Source: a bacterium (GTDB lineage: Bacteria; UBA8248). From it: a stretch of 64,000 nt of DNA. Made by a program: the position numbers and the translations under genes. The stretch is taken from the NCBI GenBank assembly GCA_965200245.1, contig CBDATS010000005.1, forward strand, positions 32,001 through 96,000, given 5' to 3'. Positions within the stretch are counted from its first letter, which is position 1; each line of letters begins with the position of its first letter. The notes under the pieces are model-generated. The model ran no database searches. It was not told the origin of the DNA and saw nothing but the letters and a program-made list of their open reading frames with translations. Shown here piece after piece: positions 7,824 through 20,691 of the stretch.

Positions 7824-10800
7824 TCACCGCCTCACGCGCTTTCTGGATTGTTTCGCAAGCCGCCTGATGGCGATTCGGGCTTTCCGCTTCAATGCGGGGT
7901 CTTCCACCACTTTGCTCATTTTCCGGTAAATCCGTAAGGCGAGCTTTCGTTTACCCGCTTTTTCACACAATTCACCTGCCCGTCCCAATGCCCGTGCAAC
8001 CCATATTTTCTGATCCGGGTATCGATAGGTCAACTTCAAGTACTCGGCCGCCGCTCCATGACCGTTTTGCTCCGAGGATATTCGTGCGTGCCTGAAGAAC
8101 GCCTTCGCCGCCAGTTGCGGATCACCAAACTCGACCACGAGCCCCAGCGCGCGTCGCGCATCGACATATTTTTTCCGTTTCCTGTACAGTTCAGCCACTA
8201 TGAGGGCGGATTCGCTTCTCAAATCTACTCCCGTGGACTCATCGCGCATGACCGCCGCAAGGTGAGACAGCGCAGTGTCATTCTCGGCCAGCCGGACCAG
8301 ACAACGCCCCAAGGCGAAGCGCCCCAGCATTTCGTAGTCATGACCCGGAAATTTTTCCAGAAACTCCGTAAGCCTCTCCTTCGCCTCTGCGCATCTTCCG
8401 ATCCCGGCAAGCATTTCCCCGACACCCAACAGCCCGTCGGCGCGGAAATTGCCCGCCGGATGTTCAGTCAGCAGGGACTCGTACGCATCGAGGACCCTGT
8501 CGATGTCTTTCCTGCCCCGGTGGATGCCCGCCATACGCAAAAGGGCATGGGCGGCCAGTTCGTTGCCGGGATATCGTGTGATGACATCCTGATAGGCTTT
8601 CAGGGCTTCCGCCGGGTTCCTCTGCGTGAGCAACACTTCGCCGATCTGGAAAGCCAGGGAAATGCTCAGGTTGTTCTCCGGATACTGTTCGATGTAATCC
8701 CGTGCGCCCGACAGGAATTTCGCGTATTCGCGGAGTTGCAGGTGGCTGAGCAAACGGCCGTAGACGGCCTCGGAGAACTTCGGATGAGAAGGATACTGGT
8801 TCATCATGAGACGGTACAGGCGGTTCGCTTCCCTGTAGCGTCCTTCGTTGTAAGACGAGTCGGCCTGTCGCAAATACGCATCGCCCGCCAGGGGGGACCC
8901 TCGATGTGATTCGTGAAATGCAAGCAATTTCTTCCGCGCCAGAGCGTAATCACCCTTTCGGAACGGAATGAGCGCAAGAAGATACTTTACCTCCACCACT
9001 TTCTTGCTTCCGGGGTAGCGCTTCAAGAATGCATGCAGGTTTTTCTCCGCTGCGTCGAAACGACTGCGCCGGAACAGCAACCTCGCCTTCTGGAACAACG
9101 CTTCCCTGGCGACAGCGTTTCCCCTGTATTTTTTCTCTATCCTCTCGAAAATCTGCAGGGCGCCGTCGTAGTTCCTGAGGTTGAAGCGAGCCTCACCCGC
9201 ACGGGCAAGGGCTTCCGCTGCGAGGACGCCGCCCGGTCGGTGCTCGAAAACACGATCGAAAGCGAGCGCGGCTTCTTTCCATTTCTTCTTCCGGTATTGA
9301 ACCCAGGCAAATCCGCCCAAGGCGCTGTAGAATACGGGTGCCTTCCCGGGAACGGCCCGGAAGGCGCGCGCGGCCTCATCGAGTTCCCCCAACTCGAAGG
9401 CGGCCTCTCCGTACCAAAGCATCGCCAGACCGTCCGGGGAAAGCGCAGGTCCCGAACCCGGCAAGGAAGCCCAATGCTTGAGCACGTTCAGGGCACCCCT
9501 GAAATCCCTGAGACGAAATGCGGCGAAAGCCGCTCCCATCGCCGCGGAACGGGCGGCATCCAGTTCCGCGAGCCGCTGTATGGAAACCGGCGGATAATCA
9601 GCCCCCAACCGCAGAATCCCGTAGGCACGCTTCACCTTTCCGAGATGGTATTGAGAAAGACCTTCCACTATTCTTGCGATGCGATAGATTCTGCCAAGCG
9701 GGAACTCATCACTCACCTTCCCTGCCAGAACGGACGCTTCTTTATATGCATTGATACGGAACAACTTCCAGGCCAGTTGCAGGCGCAAGGCGGCGGCGAG
9801 CGTTTTTCGTCGATTGGCACGGGAAAACGTGGCAAGGCGACCCTTCAGCGATTTCAGTCCCTTCCGGGATTTTTTTATTGTCTGGATTTCAGCGGAAATC
9901 AGGCCCGCCTGCACGGAAACGGCGAGAAGATGTTTCGGATGACGTTGCAGGAAACCGGAAAGGGCATTCTTCGCTGCATCGACCCGGCCCAGGAGCAATC
10001 GCGTCCAACCGACGCCGTAGAGCATGTCTGCCTGAAGCGCCTCGTCAGGCTTGCCGATCCCTGGGCCGAGGGCTTCCGCGGCCGCATATCGTTTTTCCGC
10101 TCGGGCGTGCTCTCCCCTCTGGAGATGGATATGTCCAAGCGCCACGAGAGCCTGCAACGCGAGACGCCCTTTTTGATTCACAAGCAACGTCCACGTGGCA
10201 ATCGCCTCGTTCAGTGAACCCGCTTTCGCCTGTGCCCAGCCTTTCAGGAAAATTGCCTCTTCATAGGCAAACGATCCCTTGTCCCACGTCTGCCCTTCCA
10301 GCAGACCGAGGCATCCCTCGTAGTCACGCACTTCGCAACGTTCCTGCGCAAGGGCGTACCTTGCGGCCGCTACGTAACTAAGGCCGTCGGTCAACAACGC
10401 TCTCGATAAATTCTCTCTTCTCTCCCTGGCTTCGGCGTTTCTTCGCAATCCCTCGAGCGTCTCTCCCGCCCAGAACAGAGCCGCCGCGCGCCAGAAGTGA
10501 ATCTTCGTTTTTTTCGCCAATCCATCAAAAAGGGTAAGTGCCTCTACGGGCGAGCCTTTCTGCAGGTAGGCGAGCGCCGTGTTGAAATGCTCACTCTCAT
10601 CGACAAAATCATCCGACACGCTGCCGAAAAATTGCGTCAAATCCAGGTCCGGCTTTTTTTCGGGTGGAATCGGTCGGACAGGCAAGCGAATCAACGGGAT
10701 TTGAGGTTCCGCGAAAACGGACGGCAGACGAACGCCCAACCGCTTCGGTGGCACGGGGCGCACACGAGCAACAATAAGATGCTCGATGCTGGGTGATTCC

Positions 10801-10958
10801 ACCACGACTTCTGGCAAGGAAATCGTTAACTGTCTCCCGCCATCTGCGCTTTGACCTTGCGACCACGCAGAATGTACCACCCCCAGGCAGACACCGCACA
10901 CGACCGCCAGACCAGGCAGGAAACTCCGCCACAAATGATAAGCCGGGAATCGCATCAT
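7824..10958 (-). CDS. Large secreted tetratricopeptide-repeat protein (1044 aa)
   Basis: Signal-peptide-like N-terminus; many TPR units of the CpoB/BamD type (..YP.S..A..A..). Confidence 0.85.
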   Translation of the reverse strand: MMRFPAYHLWRSFLPGLAVVCGVCLGVVHSAWSQGQSADGGRQLTISLPEVVVESPSIEHLIVARVRPVPPKRLGVRLPSVFAEPQIPLIRLPVRPIPPEKKPDLDLTQFFGSVSDDFVDESEHFNTALAYLQKGSPVEALTLFDGLAKKTKIHFWRAAALFWAGETLEGLRRNAEARERRENLSRALLTDGLSYVAAARYALAQERCEVRDYEGCLGLLEGQTWDKGSFAYEEAIFLKGWAQAKAGSLNEAIATWTLLVNQKGRLALQALVALGHIHLQRGEHARAEKRYAAAEALGPGIGKPDEALQADMLYGVGWTRLLLGRVDAAKNALSGFLQRHPKHLLAVSVQAGLISAEIQTIKKSRKGLKSLKGRLATFSRANRRKTLAAALRLQLAWKLFRINAYKEASVLAGKVSDEFPLGRIYRIARIVEGLSQYHLGKVKRAYGILRLGADYPPVSIQRLAELDAARSAAMGAAFAAFRLRDFRGALNVLKHWASLPGSGPALSPDGLAMLWYGEAAFELGELDEAARAFRAVPGKAPVFYSALGGFAWVQYRKKKWKEAALAFDRVFEHRPGGVLAAEALARAGEARFNLRNYDGALQIFERIEKKYRGNAVAREALFQKARLLFRRSRFDAAEKNLHAFLKRYPGSKKVVEVKYLLALIPFRKGDYALARKKLLAFHESHRGSPLAGDAYLRQADSSYNEGRYREANRLYRLMMNQYPSHPKFSEAVYGRLLSHLQLREYAKFLSGARDYIEQYPENNLSISLAFQIGEVLLTQRNPAEALKAYQDVITRYPGNELAAHALLRMAGIHRGRKDIDRVLDAYESLLTEHPAGNFRADGLLGVGEMLAGIGRCAEAKERLTEFLEKFPGHDYEMLGRFALGRCLVRLAENDTALSHLAAVMRDESTGVDLRSESALIVAELYRKRKKYVDARRALGLVVEFGDPQLAAKAFFRHARISSEQNGHGAAAEYLKLTYRYPDQKIWVARALGRAGELCEKAGKRKLALRIYRKMSKVVEDPALKRKARIAIRRLAKQSRKRVRR

Positions 10959-10965
10959 CCATTCC

Positions 10966-13629
10966 TTATCGAAGCATGGGCTCTTGATTTTTCATTTTCC
11001 ATTCACGCTCTTTGACCGAAGCCAGATAAGACTCGAGTCTTTGAATTCTCAATCTCGCTTTCCTGCCATCCTCATCCATCCGAGGCGATGCCTGCCCGTT
11101 TCCGAGCGCCGCGATGCTGCGGTAATGGACGATGGCCTTTTTCCATTCCTGTCGCGACTCACGGATCGCCGCGGCGCGCCAGGTCGCCGAGCGCACCCAG
11201 TCCTGATGCCCCTTGCCTGCGCGTGTCAGCGACTCGAACAGATCGAGCGCCCTGCTCCTTTCCCCCTCCTCCTCGAGGCGCACGGCGATCTGGAACCGCG
11301 CGGGACCGGATATGTTCACATCGTTCGATTTCGCGGCGATTCGAAAAGCCGCCGTTGCCGCTTCGGGCTTTTCCCTTCGCAGTTCAATCGTGCCAAGCCG
11401 CAGGGCCACCATGGCCGCCCTGTCGTTGCCGGGAAATTTGGCGAGAAATTCCGTATAGGCTCGGGCGGCTTCGTCGTAATCCTCCAGATTCTCGAAAACC
11501 TCTCCCAGCCGCAGCGCCACCTGAGCGTCGTGCGGGGTGAGAGCCAGAACCTGACGCAGCGACCCGGCGAATTCCTTCAAGGCGTCATTTTTCAGAAAAC
11601 ACGACGCGCGAAGGCGGTGCAGGACCAGTTTCTCGGGCTTCGGCATCTCGAATTGCAGCGCCCGGGAGGATGTCTTCACGGCACGGCCACATTCTTTTTG
11701 CTCAAAAAGCACGAGGGACCAAAGCCTGAGCCCCTCTCCCGGTTCGGGCGGAGCGAGCGTATCCCAGGAAGAAAAGGCCGCATCCGCTGCCTTCCAGTCA
11801 CGCGTGCCGAAGGCGTTTCGCGCCAGGAAATACCAGATCGAACGCCTCCGAGATGCACTCACCGCCGCATCTTCCGCAAGCGGCAGCAGATATTTCTGCG
11901 CATTCTGCAGATCGCCCTGCGCACGATAGAGGTTTCCGATTTTCAGGCGCGCCTCGCGCTTCAGTTCTTCGGGAAGAAGAGGCAAGGCGCCCCGGAAGCG
12001 GTTCAAGGCCTCCGTTCTGTTCCCGCGCTTCTCGGCCAACTCGCCGAGACGATACCGGGAGCGAACCGCGAGGTCGGGGCGTCGTTCGCCGGATGCGGCC
12101 AGACGATAATGGACTCCCGCCTCATCGAACTGACTGGCCTTCCATGCACACTCGGCTTTCAGGAAGGCGACTTCAGCCCGCAGGGGCTTCGGTACGTGTT
12201 CTTCGGGAACCGCCTTCACAAGGGCGACGGAACGTATACAATCCTTTTGGGAATTGTGGATGAACGCCGCCCGCAAAACGTCCTGATATACAGACTGCAC
12301 CATCCGGGGTTCGAGCTGTTCCTCCGATTTCCTGAGTTCGTTGAACGAAGCCAGTATCTGCCGATAGCGCGCGAGAAGTTCCTGGATTTTCGGCTTCTGC
12401 TCTTTTTCCAGTGCATCGGCCAGACGCAGGCCGGACATGACTGCCTCGCGCGTATCCGGCGCGCGCCGGATGAGTTCGCGATATTGGTTCATCGCCTCTT
12501 TCCTGAGACCCGCGCCGAGCAGGCAGTCCGCCATGCGGAACCGATACGCAGCAGGCAACGGTGCGCCCTTGCCGACGATGTCGAGAGCGAAAGCGAGATA
12601 TTTCTTGCCCCTTTCCACGCAAAGTCCTGCTTTTTCGACGCTCTGCAGGAAAAAACGGAAGTAGTCGCCGTCCTTGAGTGGATCGCGAATCAATTGCCGG
12701 TAGGCCTGCGCGGCCTTCTCGTTCTCGCCTGCACGCCACCAGGAGGACGCCAGACTCCGCTCTGCCGCCATGCGCTGTGATTTCGAGAGTTCCATTTTCA
12801 GAACGCCCTCGAACGCCGCACCTGCTTCCAGGTATTTCTTCTGCGCGAACAGGCTGACGGCCTGGCCCAACCTCAGGTCCGCCCGGTTCTTCTCCCCGGA
12901 ATTTTTCTGAAACAGGGAGTCGAACGTCTTCTCCGCCGAGCCGAATTTCTTGAGTTCAAGTTGTATTTTCGCAAGACGCAGCCTGAAGGCCTGCGCCCTC
13001 GGGTTGCGCGGGAAACGACGCACGACGAGGTCGTACGCCCTCTCGGCCTCCTTGATCAGGGGAATGCGATCCAGGGCGATGGCCCGCTCGAAAAGTGCAT
13101 CTTCCACGCGGGGATCCTTTGGCGCGGCTTCGATGAATCTGTCGAGTGCTGCGACAGCGCCGTCCCATTCACGCATCGCCAGCCTGAGCGCGGCGACCCT
13201 GTAGAGCGCCTCGATGCGGTAACGACCGAACATGATGGAAGAATAGGCGCGAATTGCCTCCTTGCTGTCCCCGATACGTTCGGCGAGCACCCCGATTCGA
13301 AACTGAACCTCACCGGCCCTTTCGTGACGGGGATGGTTTTTCACGAATGACCAATAGGCCGCGACCGCCTCTTTGAGGCGATTCTCGCGACGCAGCGATT
13401 CTGCGAGCAGATAGCGCACGATCCACGCCATTTCGCTCTTTCCTGCTTCTTTCAGATAGGCTCTGAAAGCATCTACCGCAACCTCATAGAATCCATCGCG
13501 GTAGGTGTTCAGACCGAATTCGAGATGAGACTGCGGGGTTTCCCTGAACTGCGCGCGTGTCAGGGAAATCGGCGCGAGCACGGACCATGCCAGAATAAAC
13601 GCCGCAATAACGAAGAAACTATGCCTCAT
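10966..13629 (-). CDS. Large secreted tetratricopeptide-repeat protein (~887 aa)
   Basis: Probable start MRHSFFVIAAFILAW (signal-like) overlapping the panC end; repeated TPR helices. Confidence 0.85.
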   Translation of the reverse strand: MRHSFFVIAAFILAWSVLAPISLTRAQFRETPQSHLEFGLNTYRDGFYEVAVDAFRAYLKEAGKSEMAWIVRYLLAESLRRENRLKEAVAAYWSFVKNHPRHERAGEVQFRIGVLAERIGDSKEAIRAYSSIMFGRYRIEALYRVAALRLAMREWDGAVAALDRFIEAAPKDPRVEDALFERAIALDRIPLIKEAERAYDLVVRRFPRNPRAQAFRLRLAKIQLELKKFGSAEKTFDSLFQKNSGEKNRADLRLGQAVSLFAQKKYLEAGAAFEGVLKMELSKSQRMAAERSLASSWWRAGENEKAAQAYRQLIRDPLKDGDYFRFFLQSVEKAGLCVERGKKYLAFALDIVGKGAPLPAAYRFRMADCLLGAGLRKEAMNQYRELIRRAPDTREAVMSGLRLADALEKEQKPKIQELLARYRQILASFNELRKSEEQLEPRMVQSVYQDVLRAAFIHNSQKDCIRSVALVKAVPEEHVPKPLRAEVAFLKAECAWKASQFDEAGVHYRLAASGERRPDLAVRSRYRLGELAEKRGNRTEALNRFRGALPLLPEELKREARLKIGNLYRAQGDLQNAQKYLLPLAEDAAVSASRRRSIWYFLARNAFGTRDWKAADAAFSSWDTLAPPEPGEGLRLWSLVLFEQKECGRAVKTSSRALQFEMPKPEKLVLHRLRASCFLKNDALKEFAGSLRQVLALTPHDAQVALRLGEVFENLEDYDEAARAYTEFLAKFPGNDRAAMVALRLGTIELRREKPEAATAAFRIAAKSNDVNISGPARFQIAVRLEEEGERSRALDLFESLTRAGKGHQDWVRSATWRAAAIRESRQEWKKAIVHYRSIAALGNGQASPRMDEDGRKARLRIQRLESYLASVKEREWKMKNQEPMLR

Positions 13630-14473
13630 CCTCAGGATCCAGTAAGATGTTGTCGATAAGCCTGGTTTTGCCGACATAGGCTGCCACGGCCATCCGGGCG
13701 GTTCCGCTAATCTGTTCTACCCTTTCAAGTGTCGTCGGTTCCACGATTTCCACGTAATCGATCCGGGACCCGGCTTTTTCCAATTCATCCACACAAGCCT
13801 GAATAATGGCTGCGGAAAAACGCTCTCCGGCCGCCACCTTTTTCTTCGCATCGAACAATGCGGCACTGATGGAACAGGCGCGCGAACGCTCCTCGTCCGA
13901 TAAGTAGGCGTTGCGGCTGCTGAGCGCCATACCGCCGTCCTCGCGGACTATCGGGCAGGAAACGATCTCAACGCCCAAATCCAGGTCGCGCGACATCCTG
14001 CGTATCAGGACGAGTTGCTGGTAGTCCTTCTCTCCGAAATAGGCCCGGTGAGGAAGGCAGGCTGTAAACAGCTTTAACACGACGGTGGCGACACCCCGGA
14101 AATGCCCCGGCCGATGCGCTCCGCAAAGGGGCGCACCCAAGCCAGGCACGTCCACCCATGTGTCGAATCCGCCGGGATACATGGCGTCAGTCCTTGGCGC
14201 ATATACGACGGCGACGCCCATCTTCCGGCAGATATCCAGATCCGTTTCGAAAGTCCTTGGGTAGGTGCCGTAATCCTCGCTGGGCGCGAACTGGGCCGGG
14301 TTCACGAAAATGCTCACGACGACAGTTCCACATTCCTCCCTCGCCCGGGCGATGAGGCTTTTGTGCCCCGCATGAAGCGCTCCCATCGTGGGGACCAGAC
14401 CGATTGGCATATCCTCTCGCTTGAGGGTTTCGGCCAGGGCACGCATTTTTTGAGGGGTATCGACGACCTTCAT
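13619..14473 (-). CDS. panC: Pantoate--beta-alanine ligase
   Basis: VPTMGALHAGH, FVNPAQF, RPGHF, FGEKDYQQ, SSRN, RLIDN. Confidence 0.96.
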   Translation of the reverse strand: MKVVDTPQKMRALAETLKREDMPIGLVPTMGALHAGHKSLIARAREECGTVVVSIFVNPAQFAPSEDYGTYPRTFETDLDICRKMGVAVVYAPRTDAMYPGGFDTWVDVPGLGAPLCGAHRPGHFRGVATVVLKLFTACLPHRAYFGEKDYQQLVLIRRMSRDLDLGVEIVSCPIVREDGGMALSSRNAYLSDEERSRACSISAALFDAKKKVAAGERFSAAIIQACVDELEKAGSRIDYVEIVEPTTLERVEQISGTARMAVAAYVGKTRLIDNILLDPEDEA

Positions 14474-14565
14474 CGAAAATCACCGGGGAAACGGGAAAAT
14501 GCGCCGATGCGGGCGGCGTCAGGGTATCTTCTCAAAATTTCAGAGGGAAAAACAAGGCGTTGGCC

Positions 14566-15093
14566 TCATCGGACAAAACAGGCGTCAGGAGATTCCGCTT
14601 GAAACTTCTCGACCCAGAAATCCCCCTCCGGGAGGTTTGTCAGCAGTTCCAGGACGGATTTCTTGATTACGGGATGCACGAAATCCGGCGCGATTTCGGC
14701 CAAGGGAACAAGAACGAAACGCCTCTCGTGAAGCCTTGGATGGGGTGCTTCCAGGTCCTTTCCCCTGATGATTTCTTCGCCATAGAAAAGCATATCCAGG
14801 TCGATCACGCGAGGTCCCCATCGTTCCTTTCTCACACGCCCCATATTCTGTTCGATTTCCAGAAGGAGCGTAAGCAATTCCCGGGGGCCAAGCCTGCATT
14901 CAAGCGAAAAAACAGCGTTGATGAAGGGGGGCTGTTCTACGGGACCCACCGGTTGCGTGCGGTAGAGAGACGAGGCGGTGAGCAATTCTATCCCCGTGCT
15001 TTGGCGCAACGCACCCAAAGCCTGCCCAAGCTGACGAACCGGGTCGCCGAGGTTCGCACCCGCGCCGATGAAAACGCGCGCCTTTTCGCTCAA
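14566..15093 (-). CDS. folK: 6-hydroxymethyl-7,8-dihydropterin pyrophosphokinase
   Basis: [35 protein letters not shown]; probable TTG start overlapping the dapL stop. Confidence 0.93.
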   Translation of the reverse strand: MSEKARVFIGAGANLGDPVRQLGQALGALRQSTGIELLTASSLYRTQPVGPVEQPPFINAVFSLECRLGPRELLTLLLEIEQNMGRVRKERWGPRVIDLDMLFYGEEIIRGKDLEAPHPRLHERRFVLVPLAEIAPDFVHPVIKKSVLELLTNLPEGDFWVEKFQAESPDACFVR

Positions 15094-16265
15094 AAGCCTG
15101 CCTTCTCGATTCTCTCGAACGCTTCCTTGAGCCTTGCTTCCGAAACCGTCAGGGCGAGGCGAACATACCCTTCGCCCGAAGGCCCGAAACCGTTGCCCGG
15201 CGTTGTGACGACGCCGCAGTTTCTCAGGATATGTGCAGTAAACTCGCTTGAGGTGAAACCTCTGGGGCACCTCACCCAGACGTAGAAGGTGGCCTTGGGC
15301 TTCGCCGCTGTGAGGCCGAGTTTCTCCAGACCTTCCATCACCACGTCGCGCCTGCCCTGGTAGATATCCCTCATTTCGGCCACACAGGCCTGATCCGCAC
15401 CCATTGCCTTGATGCCTGCTTCCTGCACCGCACCGAACACGCCGGAATCTACGTTCGTCTTGATGGCGCCGAGGCCGGCGAGGACATCCGCGTTCCCCAC
15501 AGCACTTGCGATGCGCCAGCCCGTCATGTTGTAGGTCTTGGAACAGGAGTGGAACTCGATGCCGACATCCTTGGCACCCTCTGCGTTCAGGAAACTGATG
15601 GGTTCGTAACCGTCGAAGGCCATCTCGGAATAAGCGTTGTCACTGCACACGATGATGTCATACGTGCGGGCGAACTCGACGAGCGCGTTATAGAAATCCA
15701 CTTCCGCGCAGGCAGAAGTGGGGTTGTTCGGGTAGTTGATGAACATTAGCTTCGTGTTTTTCGCCACGTCCGAGGGAATCGCGCCCAGATCCGGCAGGAA
15801 ATCGTTTTCCGAGACCAGAGGCATGAAGTGCACCTTTCCGTCTGCGAAATAGGTTCCTATCTCGTAGACGGGATAGGCCGGGTCGGGTACGAGCACATGG
15901 TCGCCCGGATCCACGAACGCGAGGGGGATGTGGGCGATCCCCTCTTTCGAGCCGATCAGGGAGATGACCTCGGTGGCCGGATCGAGAGAGACCCCGAATC
16001 GCGACCCGTACCAGTCGGCCACGGCCTTGCGGTAGGAAGGCATGCCTTCATAGGAGGGATACTGGTGATTCGATATCTTGCGCGAGGCCACGTCGAGTTC
16101 TTCAATGATGTGACCGGGCGTCGGCAAATCGGGGTCGCCGATGCCGAGGCTGATGATGTCCATTCCCGAATCAGCGACTTCCTGCTTCATCCGGTCAATT
16201 TCCGCGAAAAGATAGGGAGGCAAACGCTTCAGGCGATGCGCGCGTTCGATGTTGATGGACGCCAT
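15090..16265 (-). CDS. dapL: LL-diaminopimelate aminotransferase
   Basis: [46 protein letters not shown]. Confidence 0.85.
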   Translation of the reverse strand: MASINIERAHRLKRLPPYLFAEIDRMKQEVADSGMDIISLGIGDPDLPTPGHIIEELDVASRKISNHQYPSYEGMPSYRKAVADWYGSRFGVSLDPATEVISLIGSKEGIAHIPLAFVDPGDHVLVPDPAYPVYEIGTYFADGKVHFMPLVSENDFLPDLGAIPSDVAKNTKLMFINYPNNPTSACAEVDFYNALVEFARTYDIIVCSDNAYSEMAFDGYEPISFLNAEGAKDVGIEFHSCSKTYNMTGWRIASAVGNADVLAGLGAIKTNVDSGVFGAVQEAGIKAMGADQACVAEMRDIYQGRRDVVMEGLEKLGLTAAKPKATFYVWVRCPRGFTSSEFTAHILRNCGVVTTPGNGFGPSGEGYVRLALTVSEARLKEAFERIEKAGF

Positions 16266-16753
16266 AAAATTCCTCAAGAATGATGTGGGGCAGAAATTTT
16301 CAAATCCGTTACATGCAATTATTCAATTCTTTACATTGATACCCTGATGTATTTTCTCGCAACATTCTCCACTTCCCGGATTTCATGGTCGGAAACCTAG
16401 CACGGCTAGGCACACACGGCAAGGTTTGGGGGTTGATGGGAGACACTGCCAGATCCAAAACAGGCAGCGATTTTCTGCAGGAACAGGACTGTCAGCCTTG
16501 CCCTTTGATTCCCCATTTTCATTTTGGGAATGCCAGGTCCGGCTGAAACAGGGTTATGTAACCACTGTCCGAATGAAGTCGGTATTCGTTGTTCTTCACA
16601 TTCGGCACTCGCCTTTTCCCAACAACCTTGCCAAATCCCTCTGCACGGATTGTGTTTCCGGCAAAAACAGTGCTAACATCGCCGCGTTCAGAGAGTGTGC
16701 CCGCGAGGCACCGGTCCATTGGCCCTGATACTTTATTGTAGGAGCGCATTTCG

Positions 16754-17707
16754 ATGACCCATGTCATCGCTGAACCATGTATCAACACCAAGGATACTGC
16801 GTGCGTCGACGTTTGCCCGGTCGACTGCATTCATGAAGCGGCGGACGGCTCCAGCCCGATGCTCTATATCGACCCGGTCGAGTGCATCGACTGCGCGGCC
16901 TGCGTGCCCGCATGTCCGGTGGACGCCATTTTCGCGGAAGGCGACCTGCCCTCCCAATGGGCAAAATACACCCAGATAAACGCGGATTTCTTCGCGGGAG
17001 GCGGTGCAGTGGCACCTGCGGCAACAGGCGGCGGGGCGGCACCTGCGAAGAAAAAGGAACCCGAGCCTGAACCGATGCCCGAGCCCCTGGAACTCACGGT
17101 TCAGGAGATGTACAAGGAACTCTCCGAGATCAGGGAAGATGTGGCCACCAACCGGGGCAAGGAAGAAGAAGGAAAATCGACGAAACGCTCCCCCACCCTC
17201 GTGTTACTGGCCGCGGCGGTCATATTGCTCATGGTCTACGGCATCTCGAACAATTTTTCAAAATCCGTGAACATGACCCTCTACGGAAAGCTGGGCAACT
17301 TCGCACTCGGAGATAAGAAACCTACGCTATCCGGCAGCGTCTACTCGGTCAACCAGATAATCGAAGGCAGGAAATACACTCTTGAGGTGTCCGATTCGAT
17401 ATTCGGCGGCAGGACCTTAAGGCTCCAGGCACCGGCCCAGCCGTTCCAGAAAATTTACCACGATGGCGAGAAATTCTTCTCGAACATGGCTAACCAGTAC
17501 AGCCGCTACTACTATATGTACGTGGACGACAAGAGCGACGGCTCGGTCGATTCCGTCCTCCAGGTTCGGGAACTGTGGAGCAAGGAGAATCGCTTCCTGG
17601 GCCGTTACCACAACCCGGTCACACCGAACGCCGAACTGCAGAAATCCTATCAGGAAGCGGCAAAAACGCTCGCCAGACAAATCGGCATCGTCGAATCCGG
17701 CGCCTAG
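16754..17707 (+). CDS. FdxA-type 7Fe ferredoxin fused to linker, TM helix and unknown C-terminal domain
   Basis: CINTKDTACVDVCPVDC and CIDCAACVPACPVDAI; Ala/Gly/Pro linker; TM LVLLAAAVILLMVYGI. Confidence 0.85.
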   Translation: MTHVIAEPCINTKDTACVDVCPVDCIHEAADGSSPMLYIDPVECIDCAACVPACPVDAIFAEGDLPSQWAKYTQINADFFAGGGAVAPAATGGGAAPAKKKEPEPEPMPEPLELTVQEMYKELSEIREDVATNRGKEEEGKSTKRSPTLVLLAAAVILLMVYGISNNFSKSVNMTLYGKLGNFALGDKKPTLSGSVYSVNQIIEGRKYTLEVSDSIFGGRTLRLQAPAQPFQKIYHDGEKFFSNMANQYSRYYYMYVDDKSDGSVDSVLQVRELWSKENRFLGRYHNPVTPNAELQKSYQEAAKTLARQIGIVESGA

Positions 17708-18023
17708 GGCGGCTCTGGAAAAAACCGACCATTCGGGAACATCAAACCTGGCAGACATACTAGAACTCCCCTCTTCCTCGGGGGAAGTTCAGCAGTCTTG
17801 GGGAAACCTGAAAATTCTGGTGAGGGTTCTTGCACGAACAGACCGTAATCTGTCCCCATAACAACCATGGGGTACAGCGGCAACGAAGGGCACTACAGAC
17901 ACAGAATAAACCGGCCACAGGAGGCCGTCCTGTTACGTCCTTGTTTTCCAATCGGTATCGACACCCACCACATCGTGTGAAACTCTACTGTGCGAGGCCA
18001 CTGGTGAATTTGGTGAGGTGTGA

Positions 18024-18057
18024 CTCCGGGCCCGCGCACAGGGCGCGAGCCCGGGAG
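18024..18057 (-). terminator. GC-rich hairpin downstream of katG
   Basis: ctccgggcccgcgc / gcgcgagcccgggag imperfect inverted repeat about 30 nt after the katG stop. Confidence 0.45.
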
Positions 18058-18085
18058 CCAGTGAAAATTTCTCAGTTCCCCTTCC

Positions 18086-20305
<2,220 letters not shown>

Positions 20306-20380
20306 TTACGGATAACCCCATTCCGGGACGGCTCTCATGTGCGCTTCACCCGACGCCCCCCGGAAAACACCGGGCGATTC

Positions 20381-20409
20381 TGAGTAACAAAGGAGAGGGG
20401 TGGTGTCAA
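20381..20409 (-). promoter_or_regulatory. Candidate sigma70 promoter of katG
   Basis: Minus strand TTGACA-17 nt-TACTCA with an extended TG. Confidence 0.4.
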
Positions 20410-20691
20410 TCCACGCCCGGTGGAAACTCGGTACTCATACATTGGCCACAGTTTGTTTCCCCCATGGCAAAGGCCAAAAAGCGTGGCGGAATATACCCGC
20501 GAGCGGTCCGTTCGGGTCGGCCCAAGCCATACTTCCTCGGTCGGCGATACTTACCACATCGGTCGGAATCGCTTCCCGGTCTGGTTTAAGCTGCAAAATC
20601 CAATCTAATTACTTCCCGTGCCATTCCTGAAGGTTCACAATATATACATCTGTTCCAGGAGTACCGACGCCAGGGCGGAATGCGGAGCGGC

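Noticed and set aside
6716-12780. Long plus-strand ORFs (383, 283, 434 and 598 aa)
   Set aside because: Antisense shadows of exbBD and the TPR genes in GC-rich DNA, with no recognisable motifs.
17760-17951. 63-aa Cys-rich minus-strand ORF as a RiPP or metallothionein
   Set aside because: No clear SD, leader or regular Cys spacing, and it lies in a convergent spacer with hairpins; probably spurious.
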